A stretch of 64,000 nucleotides of DNA from Candidatus Gottesmanbacteria bacterium UBA6580 (GTDB lineage Bacteria > Patescibacteriota > Microgenomatia > UBA10105 > UBA927): positions 24,132-88,131 of the forward strand of contig DJJA01000004.1 of the NCBI GenBank assembly GCA_002433895.1, written 5' to 3'. Made by a program: the position numbers and the translations under genes. Below are positions 30,295-38,756 of this stretch, in pieces (positions within the stretch are counted from its first letter, which is position 1; each line of letters starts with the position of its first letter). Below the pieces are notes generated by a model. That model ran no database searches, was not told where the DNA came from, and was given only the letters and a program-made list of their open reading frames with translations.

Positions 30295-30648
30295 TTAGCG
30301 ATTCCCACGTTTGGAGAATTGTTGATATTTATTGTGGTGAGTACGCTGTTGGCGCCGTGGGTTTAACAACGAGCGGAGATCAGTAGCACTGTCTCCGTTT
30401 GATCTGCGCGCGCGCAGTATCTGCTGGACGGCGTTTCCGTCGAGAGACGCGGCTTCTGTGGCGTATCCTTCCCGGTACGAGGTGACACCCATGGCGCCCA
30501 TTTGTGAGGCGATAAACCGTGATACGCGCATGCGATAGCCTGCTTCCGACTCGGTAAAATGTTTAGACGGTACTTCTAGTTCTATCGTCCGTTCCCGCTC
30601 ACCGATTGTGGCAATGATCCGTTGTTTCGGCATCGTGATTATCGTCAC
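30295..30648 (-). CDS. hypothetical basic protein
   Basis: ORF track; start may be ATG 30633. Confidence 0.5.
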   Translation of the reverse strand: MTIITMPKQRIIATIGERERTIELEVPSKHFTESEAGYRMRVSRFIASQMGAMGVTSYREGYATEAASLDGNAVQQILRARRSNGDSATDLRSLLNPRRQQRTHHNKYQQFSKRGNR

Positions 30649-30719
30649 AGTACGCTGTTATTCCCCGTCAAATCAAGATATGTTGTTTGGAAAAAATATC
30701 TGGTATACTCATAAGTCCT

Positions 30720-31139
30720 ATGAATGAACAAACCGTCGTCTTGATCAAGCCAGATGGCATGGAAAAGCATGTCGTTGGAGAGATTATTACCCGTTTTGAA
30801 AAAGCAGGTATGAAGCTCGCCGCCCTCAAATTAGTACAACTGACCCAGCCAATCCTCGACACATGGTATGCCCATCACAAGGATAAGCCGTTTTTCCCTG
30901 AGCTTTCGAAGCAAATGATGTCGACTCCGGTGGTAGCGATGGTATTAGAAGGAGATGGAGTGATACAGAAAGTATTTGATATTTGTGGTCCTACTGATCC
31001 AGCAGAAGCTGCTCCCGGTACCATCCGCCATGATTTCGGCGTTGATAAGCCACACAATGTCGTGCACCGGTCAGACAGTGCCGAGGCTGCAGCCAAAGAA
31101 ATCGGACTGTTGTTTGCCGCTTCTGACCTTCATTCATAA
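30720..31139 (+). CDS. ndk: nucleoside diphosphate kinase
   Basis: TVVLIKPDG, HKDKPFF, GPTDPAEAAPGTIR, NVVHRSDS. Confidence 0.95.
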   Translation: MNEQTVVLIKPDGMEKHVVGEIITRFEKAGMKLAALKLVQLTQPILDTWYAHHKDKPFFPELSKQMMSTPVVAMVLEGDGVIQKVFDICGPTDPAEAAPGTIRHDFGVDKPHNVVHRSDSAEAAAKEIGLLFAASDLHS

Positions 31140-31160
31140 GAGGTTTGTTGTCATTTTTGT

Positions 31161-31189
31161 TTGATTGAGCATGTAGTCTGCGGTATAAT
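31161..31189 (+). promoter_or_regulatory. sigma70 promoter, likely leaderless transcript
   Basis: TTGATT-17-TATAAT; ATG 6 nt downstream. Confidence 0.65.
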
Positions 31190-31195
31190 GTACAC

Positions 31196-31435
31196 ATGCG
31201 TATACCCTTCACGAAAATACATATTTCTTTGCCAAAGCGCACATCCGCGCGGGCAGAGCTTGATAACGTAGCGCGTCAGCTTCAGGCCGAGGAGGCGGAG
31301 CGTATACGACGTGGTCTAAAGGGTCAAGCGCCAACTGAGGCATCTCTTCGTCGGGGTAGGCGGTTGGCAAAGCAAACTGAAGGAAAGTGGAAAGAAAATA
31401 GAGAAAATGCAGGTTCGCGTGAGTCCATATGGTAA
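31196..31435 (+). CDS. small basic hypothetical protein
   Basis: 79-aa ORF directly behind a promoter. Confidence 0.6.
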   Translation: MRIPFTKIHISLPKRTSARAELDNVARQLQAEEAERIRRGLKGQAPTEASLRRGRRLAKQTEGKWKENRENAGSRESIW

Positions 31436-31512
31436 AAAGGATGACGTGCTTCTTCCCGTCCGGACAGGATATTTAGTATAATTACCCCTAGAAAGTTGAG
31501 AATTATATTCTT

Positions 31513-31827
31513 ATGCCACATAGAGAAGTTACCGAATTTGTATTGCGACCTCATTCGCGAGGGGCAAGACCGCTTTCAGTGCGGTTTACTTCCCATGACG
31601 TTGTGAGCGACCTCACCATATCAGCAGAAGGGGAGCAGTTATTCTCCGGACGCGTACTGCGGTCATTCACGAAGGTCTTGCAGGGCGTTTTTGAGATGGA
31701 GGAAGCGGCAGCGGCAGCAAAAGGCGTTGATACGTTGAAATACTACGGTTGTACGTATATCGCACGTCACGGCAGGTCTCAGGTCGCCACGCGATTGGAT
31801 ATCCCCGAGATGGCTCAGTACGATTAA
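31513..31827 (+). CDS. hypothetical protein
   Basis: 104-aa ORF. Confidence 0.5.
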   Translation: MPHREVTEFVLRPHSRGARPLSVRFTSHDVVSDLTISAEGEQLFSGRVLRSFTKVLQGVFEMEEAAAAAKGVDTLKYYGCTYIARHGRSQVATRLDIPEMAQYD

Positions 31828-31838
31828 CATTTATCCCT

Positions 31839-32123
31839 ATGAGCCGAGCAGAATCTATCAGGAGGAAAGGTGGGCGGATTTATTATTTTCAGTCCGGTCC
31901 TGCGGAAGAACAGAATGGTCGTGTGTCTGTACACATTACCGCGATGATCACAACACCGAAACGTGTGTTCCAGTCGATGCGTTTGCATATCCCTGCCGAG
32001 CAGTATGGCTATTTTCTAGATGCACTTCAGGCGCAAACACAGGCGCGTTTTCGGCATGGGAGGCGCGAATATGACCGTCAGACAACGTTATTACGCGCAT
32101 TCATGCAGGCCGGAAGAATGTAG
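31839..32123 (+). CDS. hypothetical protein
   Basis: MSRAESIRRK..., starting 11 nt after the previous stop. Confidence 0.5.
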   Translation: MSRAESIRRKGGRIYYFQSGPAEEQNGRVSVHITAMITTPKRVFQSMRLHIPAEQYGYFLDALQAQTQARFRHGRREYDRQTTLLRAFMQAGRM

Positions 32124-32171
32124 GGTAAAACTCCAGTTAGGCAGTCTATCCCGGGTGTTTTGAGAGACAAG

Positions 32172-32300
32172 ATGGAGCGCGTTTATCGCATCCGGGCGGA
32201 TACGCTGGAATGCTGCGGATGTGTGCTCCTCAAGCGGTATGGGAAAGCGCAGATGGCAACGCGATGGAAAGCCCTGGAAGCGGCACTTAACGACACATAA
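32172..32300 (+). CDS. possible 42-aa peptide
   Basis: Manual translation MERVYRIRADTLECCGCVLLKRYGKAQMATRWKALEAALNDT. Confidence 0.3.
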   Translation: MERVYRIRADTLECCGCVLLKRYGKAQMATRWKALEAALNDT

Positions 32301-32303
32301 CGT

Positions 32304-32639
32304 TTATAGGTCAATAATCGTGCGGATTTTGCCGGATCTGTCTCTGATCCGGTATACACGCATAGAGCTGTCACGACCATCGTTATGCACTTTACCCATT
32401 TCTTCTTCGACTTTTTTCCGGGTTAGTGGGTCGATTTTTTTAAGATCAATATTTGGATCATGCGATTGGGGAAGTGCTCCGCCGCCTCCACTTCCGCCCG
32501 AGCGGGAGTTTCGCCTTAAACCGCCACGCCTGCCACCGGTACGGTTCCAGGCACTTTCCAGGATAGTCGGCTTCATAAACGAGCCTATACTATCGTGCTC
32601 TCCAATGAGTTCGGGTAATTGTTCTGCGATACGTTTCAT
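32304..32639 (-). CDS. hypothetical basic protein with Gly-rich linker
   Basis: 111-aa ORF with AGGAGG SD. Confidence 0.6.
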   Translation of the reverse strand: MKRIAEQLPELIGEHDSIGSFMKPTILESAWNRTGGRRGGLRRNSRSGGSGGGGALPQSHDPNIDLKKIDPLTRKKVEEEMGKVHNDGRDSSMRVYRIRDRSGKIRTIIDL

Positions 32640-32892
32640 ATAGCCTCCTATTGTCTGTCTAATTTTTAGACGGAAATGTAAGTGTATCGAATTGTAAACT
32701 GTGCGTCAAGTCGGGCTGACTGATGCTCTCAGCAGAGGGTGACAAGACGGGTCGTTGCCGTATTTGGGCATATCTTCACCTTCTTTTTTCCATGTCTATA
32801 CAACGATAGACACAGGAAAAAGAACGCAAAGCTGTCACCACCAAAGGAGGAGGCGACGCACTTTGCGTCAAAAAACGGAAAATACACCCATG

Positions 32893-33783
32893 TTATTCAA
32901 TGGAAATATTTGGTCGTGGGGGTTCGATAGCGTCGAGTGTGCGTAGCCCGATTGTCAGGATGAACTTTATGTACCTGATGACAAGTCGGGTTACCGAATC
33001 GAGCGTTTCATTGATGTTGCCGAATATATGCCCCCAAGGCTCGATAATATACATATCTCTCTCTGATGAGTGGGGTAATTTGATGTAAATTACCACGGCC
33101 ATGATGGTTCCCAATGAGAGAACAAATTTATGCAGCATTTCGATATGGACAATGCCGATGGTTTCAAGGAAGAGTCCCGTGCCGATTTCCAAAATCAACA
33201 GATACGCGATGATTTCGTAGCGGGGTTCTTGTTTGATCATTTTCATCGCCCATCCTGAAGCAAACATCAAGGTCACGATGCCAAAGCCGACGCCGAGGAG
33301 GACAATCCATAGTTCATCATTGATCCCCACTGCGGTCACGACGTTGTCCAGAGAAAACGTCATGTCCATGATGATGATGGTGGCTACGGTTCCCCAAAAT
33401 GTGGGCACTTTCTGATCATGGATAATTTTTGTTTCTCCGGGTTGGTCAGCAACGCTCAGGTGTTTGACGGCGAGCTTTATAAGGTACAAGGCACCGAACA
33501 ACCGGATGGCTATATTGTCGATGAGTGCCGATGCGATGATGAGCATTATGAACCGGCCTACATAGGCGAATATGATGCCAATTTTGCGCGCAGCGTCCTG
33601 CTGGTTGCCAAGCTTATCGAAAAACTTTTGGAACCGTTGAGGTGCCGCGACCGGTTGATCGGGTAGCCGGGATGCCATGGCGGCAATGACCGACGAGTTG
33701 TCTACTGACAATATCCCCTCCATAATTAGAATGATAAATATGGTCTGTATTATTTCTACGAGCTGTTGTTGGGTAAATTCCAT
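32893..33783 (-). CDS. TerC family membrane protein
   Basis: MEGILSVDNSSVIA and MDMTFSLDNVVTAVG; AGGAGG SD before MEFTQQ. Confidence 0.9.
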   Translation of the reverse strand: MEFTQQQLVEIIQTIFIILIMEGILSVDNSSVIAAMASRLPDQPVAAPQRFQKFFDKLGNQQDAARKIGIIFAYVGRFIMLIIASALIDNIAIRLFGALYLIKLAVKHLSVADQPGETKIIHDQKVPTFWGTVATIIIMDMTFSLDNVVTAVGINDELWIVLLGVGFGIVTLMFASGWAMKMIKQEPRYEIIAYLLILEIGTGLFLETIGIVHIEMLHKFVLSLGTIMAVVIYIKLPHSSERDMYIIEPWGHIFGNINETLDSVTRLVIRYIKFILTIGLRTLDAIEPPRPNISIE

Positions 33784-33987
33784 GCGAGCCTCCTGTGGGT
33801 AGATATGAAGATTGATTAAAAAGCCGACAGGAGAGGAAGAATAACGCATATTCTTGCCCTGCTGCCGGCCTTTCGCTTCGTATCACCAAGGAAGCGACAA
33901 AGGTTTGTTTCCGTTCTTTTTAATGTGCGTGTCTCCCTAAGCCGAACACATCGACAGCTTATTGTCGAGGTTCCACCGTGAGGGGAC

Positions 33988-34027
33988 AAAAAAAACAAAA
34001 ACACCGGCCTACAAAAGGTACCGGTGC
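33988..34027 (-). terminator. intrinsic terminator inside the TerC upstream region
   Basis: Minus strand CACCGGTACC-TTTTGTA-GGCCGGTG followed by TTTTTGTTTTTTTT. Confidence 0.7.
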
Positions 34028-34258
34028 TCAACTCACGTGAGCTTTGGCAGGCAATCAGACCGTCTGATTGGTGAGATAGATCACATTAAATCAAATTAGG
34101 GTATATTCGTCAAGTTATACGAAGGGTGAAGATATGGGGGAAAAGAAGGAGGGTGAGTTAAATTGCTTTTTGTCATTCCGTAATGCATGTTGTGTGACTT
34201 GCGATGCAACACGTGTGGTGTATGTTAGTGTGAAGCTGGGGTATGTGCACATCAACAC

Positions 34259-35317
34259 TCAGTGTTCAGATTTCGGTTCGTGTATGTCAGAAATAAAAGC
34301 GGCAATAAACTCAAGGGAGGGATAACCGAAGCTTCTGACTGGTGTTCCCATTTTCCGGTAGAGCCCCCAAGGACCTATGGAGCGAGTTGTCTGTTCAAGG
34401 AATGGCTGAAACGGGTGCACATCAGGGACGCGGATACGGATATCGGCGCCTGCGTCATGAGCAACAGCCGTCGCCACTTGTATGGCACCCCGAAGGACTT
34501 GTGCGTCATGGTCGGTAATCGCATGTGAGTTTCCCGTATGCCGAAGCCACAGTTGCCACCCATTTCCCTCATGGGGAAGCTCAATGGTGTGTCCGCTGTC
34601 TGTTTGAAGGGTAAACGCCCGGTTGTTATACCGGTGCACATGGTGTGTGCGGGAGAATGTACGCCTGCTGGCCAGTAATGTCCATAATGGAGCTTGTAAC
34701 AAATCTTCTGCCTTAAGGTGCGGATTTTGTACGAGGTGTTCGATAATATCCAGCCGGTTTTCTGCTGGCCACGGTGTCCGGTCAATCTGTGTATGTTCAA
34801 ATCCGAGGCTCGCGACGCGTTTACTGCCGGCAAGCGAGGTGCGGCCAGTAAGTAATCCGACGGGTTTTTCGGGATGATAACAGTTATATGCTTCTATCCA
34901 GCCTGCAAGTTGTGCCGCGGAATTCGTGAGGTCAGCGGCAAGCGTCCGAACACTTTCCGGAGGGCGGGGTGGGATATGGAGGTCGAGCGCTCTCGCATAA
35001 GGACGGATGTGTTTTCGTTGTACAAATGCAATAAATGTATCACGTTCGTCTATTTGTGGCTGTGGGTCACGTTTGGATCCTTGTAGCTGCTTGATGACCG
35101 TGTCATAGGCGAATGTTGTCAGCTCTATGTTTTGACTTGCCGGTCGGGGATCGGTGAGGCGGAATATACCGACATCAAACCATGGGCTGATGATGGCATT
35201 ATTCCACCAGTGTGGCCGTAGTGCTTCCGCTGCTTGCTCCATACGGCTACTCACCTTCTGGTGTGATTCATGCTTGTGAGGTCTCCGATGGGACAATCGT
35301 TCAATAAGTTGAGACAT
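34259..35317 (-). CDS. hypothetical protein, central region possibly YkoP-like
   Basis: 352 aa; LDLHIP...AAQLAGWI...GRTSL...SLGFE pattern. Confidence 0.55.
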   Translation of the reverse strand: MSQLIERLSHRRPHKHESHQKVSSRMEQAAEALRPHWWNNAIISPWFDVGIFRLTDPRPASQNIELTTFAYDTVIKQLQGSKRDPQPQIDERDTFIAFVQRKHIRPYARALDLHIPPRPPESVRTLAADLTNSAAQLAGWIEAYNCYHPEKPVGLLTGRTSLAGSKRVASLGFEHTQIDRTPWPAENRLDIIEHLVQNPHLKAEDLLQAPLWTLLASRRTFSRTHHVHRYNNRAFTLQTDSGHTIELPHEGNGWQLWLRHTGNSHAITDHDAQVLRGAIQVATAVAHDAGADIRIRVPDVHPFQPFLEQTTRSIGPWGLYRKMGTPVRSFGYPSLEFIAAFISDIHEPKSEH

Positions 35318-35345
35318 ATTGTTATAGTATGATGCACATTATACA

Positions 35346-35373
35346 ACAAAGCACTCATATGTGAGTGCTTTGT
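35346..35373. terminator. perfect 12-bp stem hairpin
   Basis: ACAAAGCACTCA-TATG-TGAGTGCTTTGT. Confidence 0.6.
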
Positions 35374-35399
35374 AAGAAGTTGACAATATGAATCGGGTG

Positions 35400-35606
35400 T
35401 TAACGTCTCGGTCGTCTACTTACATCTCGCAACGCGTCTCTTTGTGTTGCCCGGCGTGCTACTGCGTCTAAGGTGCGTAATTTTGCTGCTTTATCTGGAT
35501 CTACTTCGTTAGCTACTCTTGTACCTTTCCCTAAGAAATTCATAGGTGAAGGTGTTTCAGTGACGACGGGTTGTGCTGGTAGTTCTTTTTTGAATAATCC
35601 TGACAT
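35400..35606 (-). CDS. small basic hypothetical protein
   Basis: AGGAGGTG SD before MSGLFKKELP; followed by a hairpin. Confidence 0.55.
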   Translation of the reverse strand: MSGLFKKELPAQPVVTETPSPMNFLGKGTRVANEVDPDKAAKLRTLDAVARRATQRDALRDVSRRPRR

Positions 35607-35727
35607 ACAAATAATCACCTCCTATCAAATTATGTATTGAACAAGAATTCAGAGTATAGAAAGTGCAAACGCTATCGTCAATAGGTATTTTGATTACTAA
35701 TTTTTATGTGTTGGGAAAATGTTTGTC

Positions 35728-36378
35728 TTACACGATGATTTTTATCGTGCGGAGAACAGGGAGGAGGACTTCAAAAGGAAGTCCGATGACATTGGTGTAT
35801 GAACCATCGACTTTAGTCACTAAATCCCATGGTGTTTCGTTTAACGCGTAACCCGCAGCAAACCGGGTGAAATCATAGCGTGTGACATAGCTTTCGAGTT
35901 CCGGTCCGGTCATTTTGCGGAGTGCAACCTTGGTTGTAACGGTCTTTGTCCAGGATTTTTTTACTTTACCCTTGTCGAGGTATACGATATGGATGACGGT
36001 CGTAAATACGTGGGTTTTCCCCATGAGTTCTTTGAGCATTTTAGCAGCATCAACCCGGTCAATTGCTTTGCCATACATTTTCTTGCCGAGGATTGCCATG
36101 CTATCTGCCGCAATCACCACGACTTCACGATCTTCAGGAACCATGTAGACGCGGGGATTATTGACGACTTCAAGCGCTTTGGCGATGGCGCGTTTTTGAA
36201 TAGTTTTTAACGGGTTTGGATCAGTTATTTTGTCTTCATCAACACGTGTCACTGCGACGCGGAACCTGATGCCGAGTTTTTCGAGAAGCGTCCGTCTGCC
36301 AATAGACTGAGAAGCAAGGATAACATCCGGGGCAAGCACGATATCAGCCTGATTTTTTGAGGAAAACGATAACTTCAT
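35728..36378 (-). CDS. maf: Maf family nucleoside triphosphate pyrophosphatase
   Basis: ILASQSIGRR, AIAKA, IAADS, AAGY, GSYTNVIGLP. Confidence 0.9.
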   Translation of the reverse strand: MKLSFSSKNQADIVLAPDVILASQSIGRRTLLEKLGIRFRVAVTRVDEDKITDPNPLKTIQKRAIAKALEVVNNPRVYMVPEDREVVVIAADSMAILGKKMYGKAIDRVDAAKMLKELMGKTHVFTTVIHIVYLDKGKVKKSWTKTVTTKVALRKMTGPELESYVTRYDFTRFAAGYALNETPWDLVTKVDGSYTNVIGLPFEVLLPVLRTIKIIV

Positions 36379-36438
36379 TACAGGGTATTATACCTCACTA
36401 TAGGAAAATACGCTAGGGAGGGGAATTCGGGCGGGATT

Positions 36439-36672
36439 TTATTCCCCATCGTCAAAATCTCCCGCAGCAGTCGCGTCAACAAGGAACGTTGTGTGCAGTA
36501 TGCCGGATCTGGTTTGTTTTCTCTCCGGGTGCCGCCGTTGTCTATGATTGGCGTTTTCGGTAGCTTCAACGGAAAGATGGACAAACTGGTTTAGCGTGCG
36601 CACTGCTCTTCCTTTAAAGGGGTAGAAAATGACGACCTGTTGTTCAGGCTCCGGGGTGCGCGACGTAGCCAT
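36439..36672 (-). CDS. small hypothetical protein
   Basis: MATSRTPEPEQ...; TATAAT just upstream. Confidence 0.4.
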   Translation of the reverse strand: MATSRTPEPEQQVVIFYPFKGRAVRTLNQFVHLSVEATENANHRQRRHPERKQTRSGILHTTFLVDATAAGDFDDGE

Positions 36673-36746
36673 AAGTGTATTATACCTCACGATGCAACTT
36701 TCGGGGGTGTGGATGTGTTGTTTTGGAGTGCTATACTGACTGGTAT

Positions 36747-37142
36747 ATGGGTGGAGCTGAGGATCGTGATGACGCTACATACCTTGCAGATGTCCGGCAC
36801 CTGGCACATACCCTGCTTCGTCTGCTTGACCGGAAAAAACCAGTGAAGGAGAAGCCGCAACAACAGATTCCCGGTTCGATAGGGAAGGTTGTCGAGATAG
36901 CGCCCCCGATACTAAAACCTGAGCGCCCACGTTCGCGTTTACGTCAGCTTTCGGAGGGTCGAGGGAGGGATATGCGTCATTTAGCAGATCTTCCCGACGT
37001 AGAGATAATCAGGCTTGCCAAAAAAGGTGGGCGCATTTTACGGCCCGGTGATGTTTCAAAAGTTCGTTCAGCCGCTGGGCGCAATGGTACCGCCGCTGAT
37101 ATTATCAGTGCTATGGATACGTATGGGCTTTTTGATTCGTAA
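36747..37142 (+). CDS. hypothetical basic protein
   Basis: MGGAEDRDD... behind an extended -10 TGCTATACT. Confidence 0.55.
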   Translation: MGGAEDRDDATYLADVRHLAHTLLRLLDRKKPVKEKPQQQIPGSIGKVVEIAPPILKPERPRSRLRQLSEGRGRDMRHLADLPDVEIIRLAKKGGRILRPGDVSKVRSAAGRNGTAADIISAMDTYGLFDS

Positions 37143-37278
37143 GCGCTTGTTTCCCCAATAGAATTCCTTCAATGAAGCTCATCGGACTGGAGAGATCTGC
37201 CTTGCCCAATACGCGAGTCAGGGTGGACTCGGAATGTTGATGCACCAGGGATAAAGAATGTTTCTGTATTACAAACTT

Positions 37279-37299
37279 TGTCGGAGTGGAGAGATTCGA
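37279..37299 (-). repeat. 21-bp copy of the tRNA-Pro 3' end (att-like)
   Basis: TGTCGGAGTGGAGAGATTCGA identical to 37420-37440. Confidence 0.85.
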
Positions 37300-37421
37300 C
37301 GGAGGGAGTTTTCGATATGCGTCTTCGCAGAGAGAATTACTCCCAACGATCCCGTGTAATCACGGGAAACTCTCGAAAAGTTTGGGATTACGACACGACC
37401 TCTTTTCTTGTAAAGATTGTG

Positions 37422-37494
37422 TCGGAGTGGAGAGATTCGAACTCTCGATCTCACGGTCCCGAACCGTGCGCATTACCAACTGTGCTACACCCCG
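37422..37494 (-). tRNA. tRNA-Pro(CGG)
   Basis: CGGGGTG/CACTCCG acceptor stem, CACGG-TTCGGGA-CCGTG anticodon arm, GTTCGAATC T-loop. Confidence 0.95.
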
Positions 37495-37513
37495 TCTTCG
37501 TAATTCGGATCTG

Positions 37514-37619
37514 TCCCTCTTTGGGACGAAACCTACGGTTTCTTCCCAACGATCTTCCCTTCAAATGAAGGGAGTCTATCTCGTTCCCTCTTTGGGACGA
37601 AACCTACGGTTTCTTCCCA
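37514..37619. repeat. 35-bp direct repeat pair with a 36-bp palindromic spacer
   Basis: TCCCTCTTTGGGACGAAACCTACGGTTTCTTCCCA at 37514-37548 and 37585-37619. Confidence 0.85.
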
Positions 37620-37775
37620 GCCTGCCCGCAATGCTAAGCAACGCGTTGCAGGCGGGCGATCTTTCCTCAGGCGGAAGGATGATGGAATAGTCCTCATCCG
37701 GCTTCTTTGGGATACAACCTGCAATGAACGTGCGTATATTGTAGCGTGCTTTTTGTTAAAATACTACATTGCTTT

Positions 37776-38024
37776 ATGAGTGACCGGAAATTCCCAACGA
37801 TCAGGACGACAGGAAGGGGCTTACCCGTGACGAGGGGTAGTGAGCGCCGCGGCACCCTTTTTCTCACCGAGATAAGCGATGACGAGCTGCTCGTCGAGGA
37901 GATCGATCCGAAAACTGGCGTGATCATCGAACGGAGTAGGTTATCGAGACAGGCATATACCGACGATCAAGCTATCACGGTATATCGGAAAACCCGGAGA
38001 AAATCTCGCCGGGAGCGCGAGTAG
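37776..38024 (+). CDS. small basic hypothetical protein
   Basis: MSDRKFPTIR...RRKSRRERE. Confidence 0.5.
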   Translation: MSDRKFPTIRTTGRGLPVTRGSERRGTLFLTEISDDELLVEEIDPKTGVIIERSRLSRQAYTDDQAITVYRKTRRKSRRERE

Positions 38025-38098
38025 GCGTCGCGTTTTCCTGATTTCCGTCGTACAATAGAGATGTTGTACCCCGTAGCCCTGTCCGCCAGTGCCACAGG

Positions 38099-38170
38099 GC
38101 CCTTGTAGCTCAATGGATAGAGCAGACCCGTCCTAAGGGTAAGATGGGGGTTCGATTCCCTCCAGGGGCA
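38099..38170 (+). tRNA. tRNA-Arg(CCT)
   Basis: GCCCTTG/CAGGGGC acceptor stem, GCTCAATGGATAGAGC D-arm, ACCC-GTCCTAA-GGGT anticodon arm, GGTTCGATTCC T-arm. Confidence 0.93.
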
Positions 38171-38187
38171 CAGGCACAGCATGCGGG

Positions 38188-38266
38188 TCAATGGATAGAG
38201 CAGAGACCCGTCCTTCCGCGCCTTGCGCCTCATGTGCAGCGGGCGGGAAGGTAAGATGAGGGTTCG
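38188..38266 (+). pseudogene. degenerate tRNA-Arg copy with a 33-nt insertion after the anticodon
   Basis: TCAATGGATAGAGCA..GACCCGTCCT[insert]AAGGTAAGATGAGGGTTCG aligns to the tRNA upstream; no acceptor stem. Confidence 0.7.
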
Positions 38267-38417
38267 CAGTCCAGCGCTAAACGAGCAAACGCAGATACGC
38301 GAGTAGTAGCGCTGATGAGTGGTTGTGGCTAATTTTTTTGAGGGCACATGTGAGGTAGTGTAAAAGATGTGAGTTGATTTGTTTTTCTTCTTATCATACC
38401 CTATAATATTCAACCTT

Positions 38418-38738
38418 ATGATACGTAGGCCAGAGTTTCCCGCTGTCTCATTTCGCAATTTGTCCCATTCTGCAACGCAGTTTGAGGGAGAGGTTGTACT
38501 TGATAATACACGGCAACTCCGTAGAGCACAGTCTATATGCGAAAATTTTTGTCCGCATTTTAATGGGCAGGGATCAATTGATTGCACCGGTATTGGAGAG
38601 CAGGGAAATGCTGTCGTGCGTGTTAAACGGTCGCAGAGTCGGATCAGGTGGGTACGCATGCGCGTGGCACGTGCGTTTAACGCCCCATGTAATGTGACGT
38701 ATGATGCGATTGTGAATACACGAAAAAAGAGCCGCTGA
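38418..38738 (+). CDS. hypothetical Cys-containing basic protein
   Basis: MIRRPEFP...CENFC...DC...PC; TATAAT upstream. Confidence 0.5.
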   Translation: MIRRPEFPAVSFRNLSHSATQFEGEVVLDNTRQLRRAQSICENFCPHFNGQGSIDCTGIGEQGNAVVRVKRSQSRIRWVRMRVARAFNAPCNVTYDAIVNTRKKSR

Positions 38739-38756
38739 CGGTCTCTCAGGAGGATG

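Noticed and set aside
33790-33990. Canonical yybP-ykoY riboswitch before TerC
   Set aside because: Consensus motifs not visible; kept only as an unknown leader
37514-37619. Mini CRISPR array
   Set aside because: Only two repeats, the spacer is itself a hairpin, and there are no cas genes in the window
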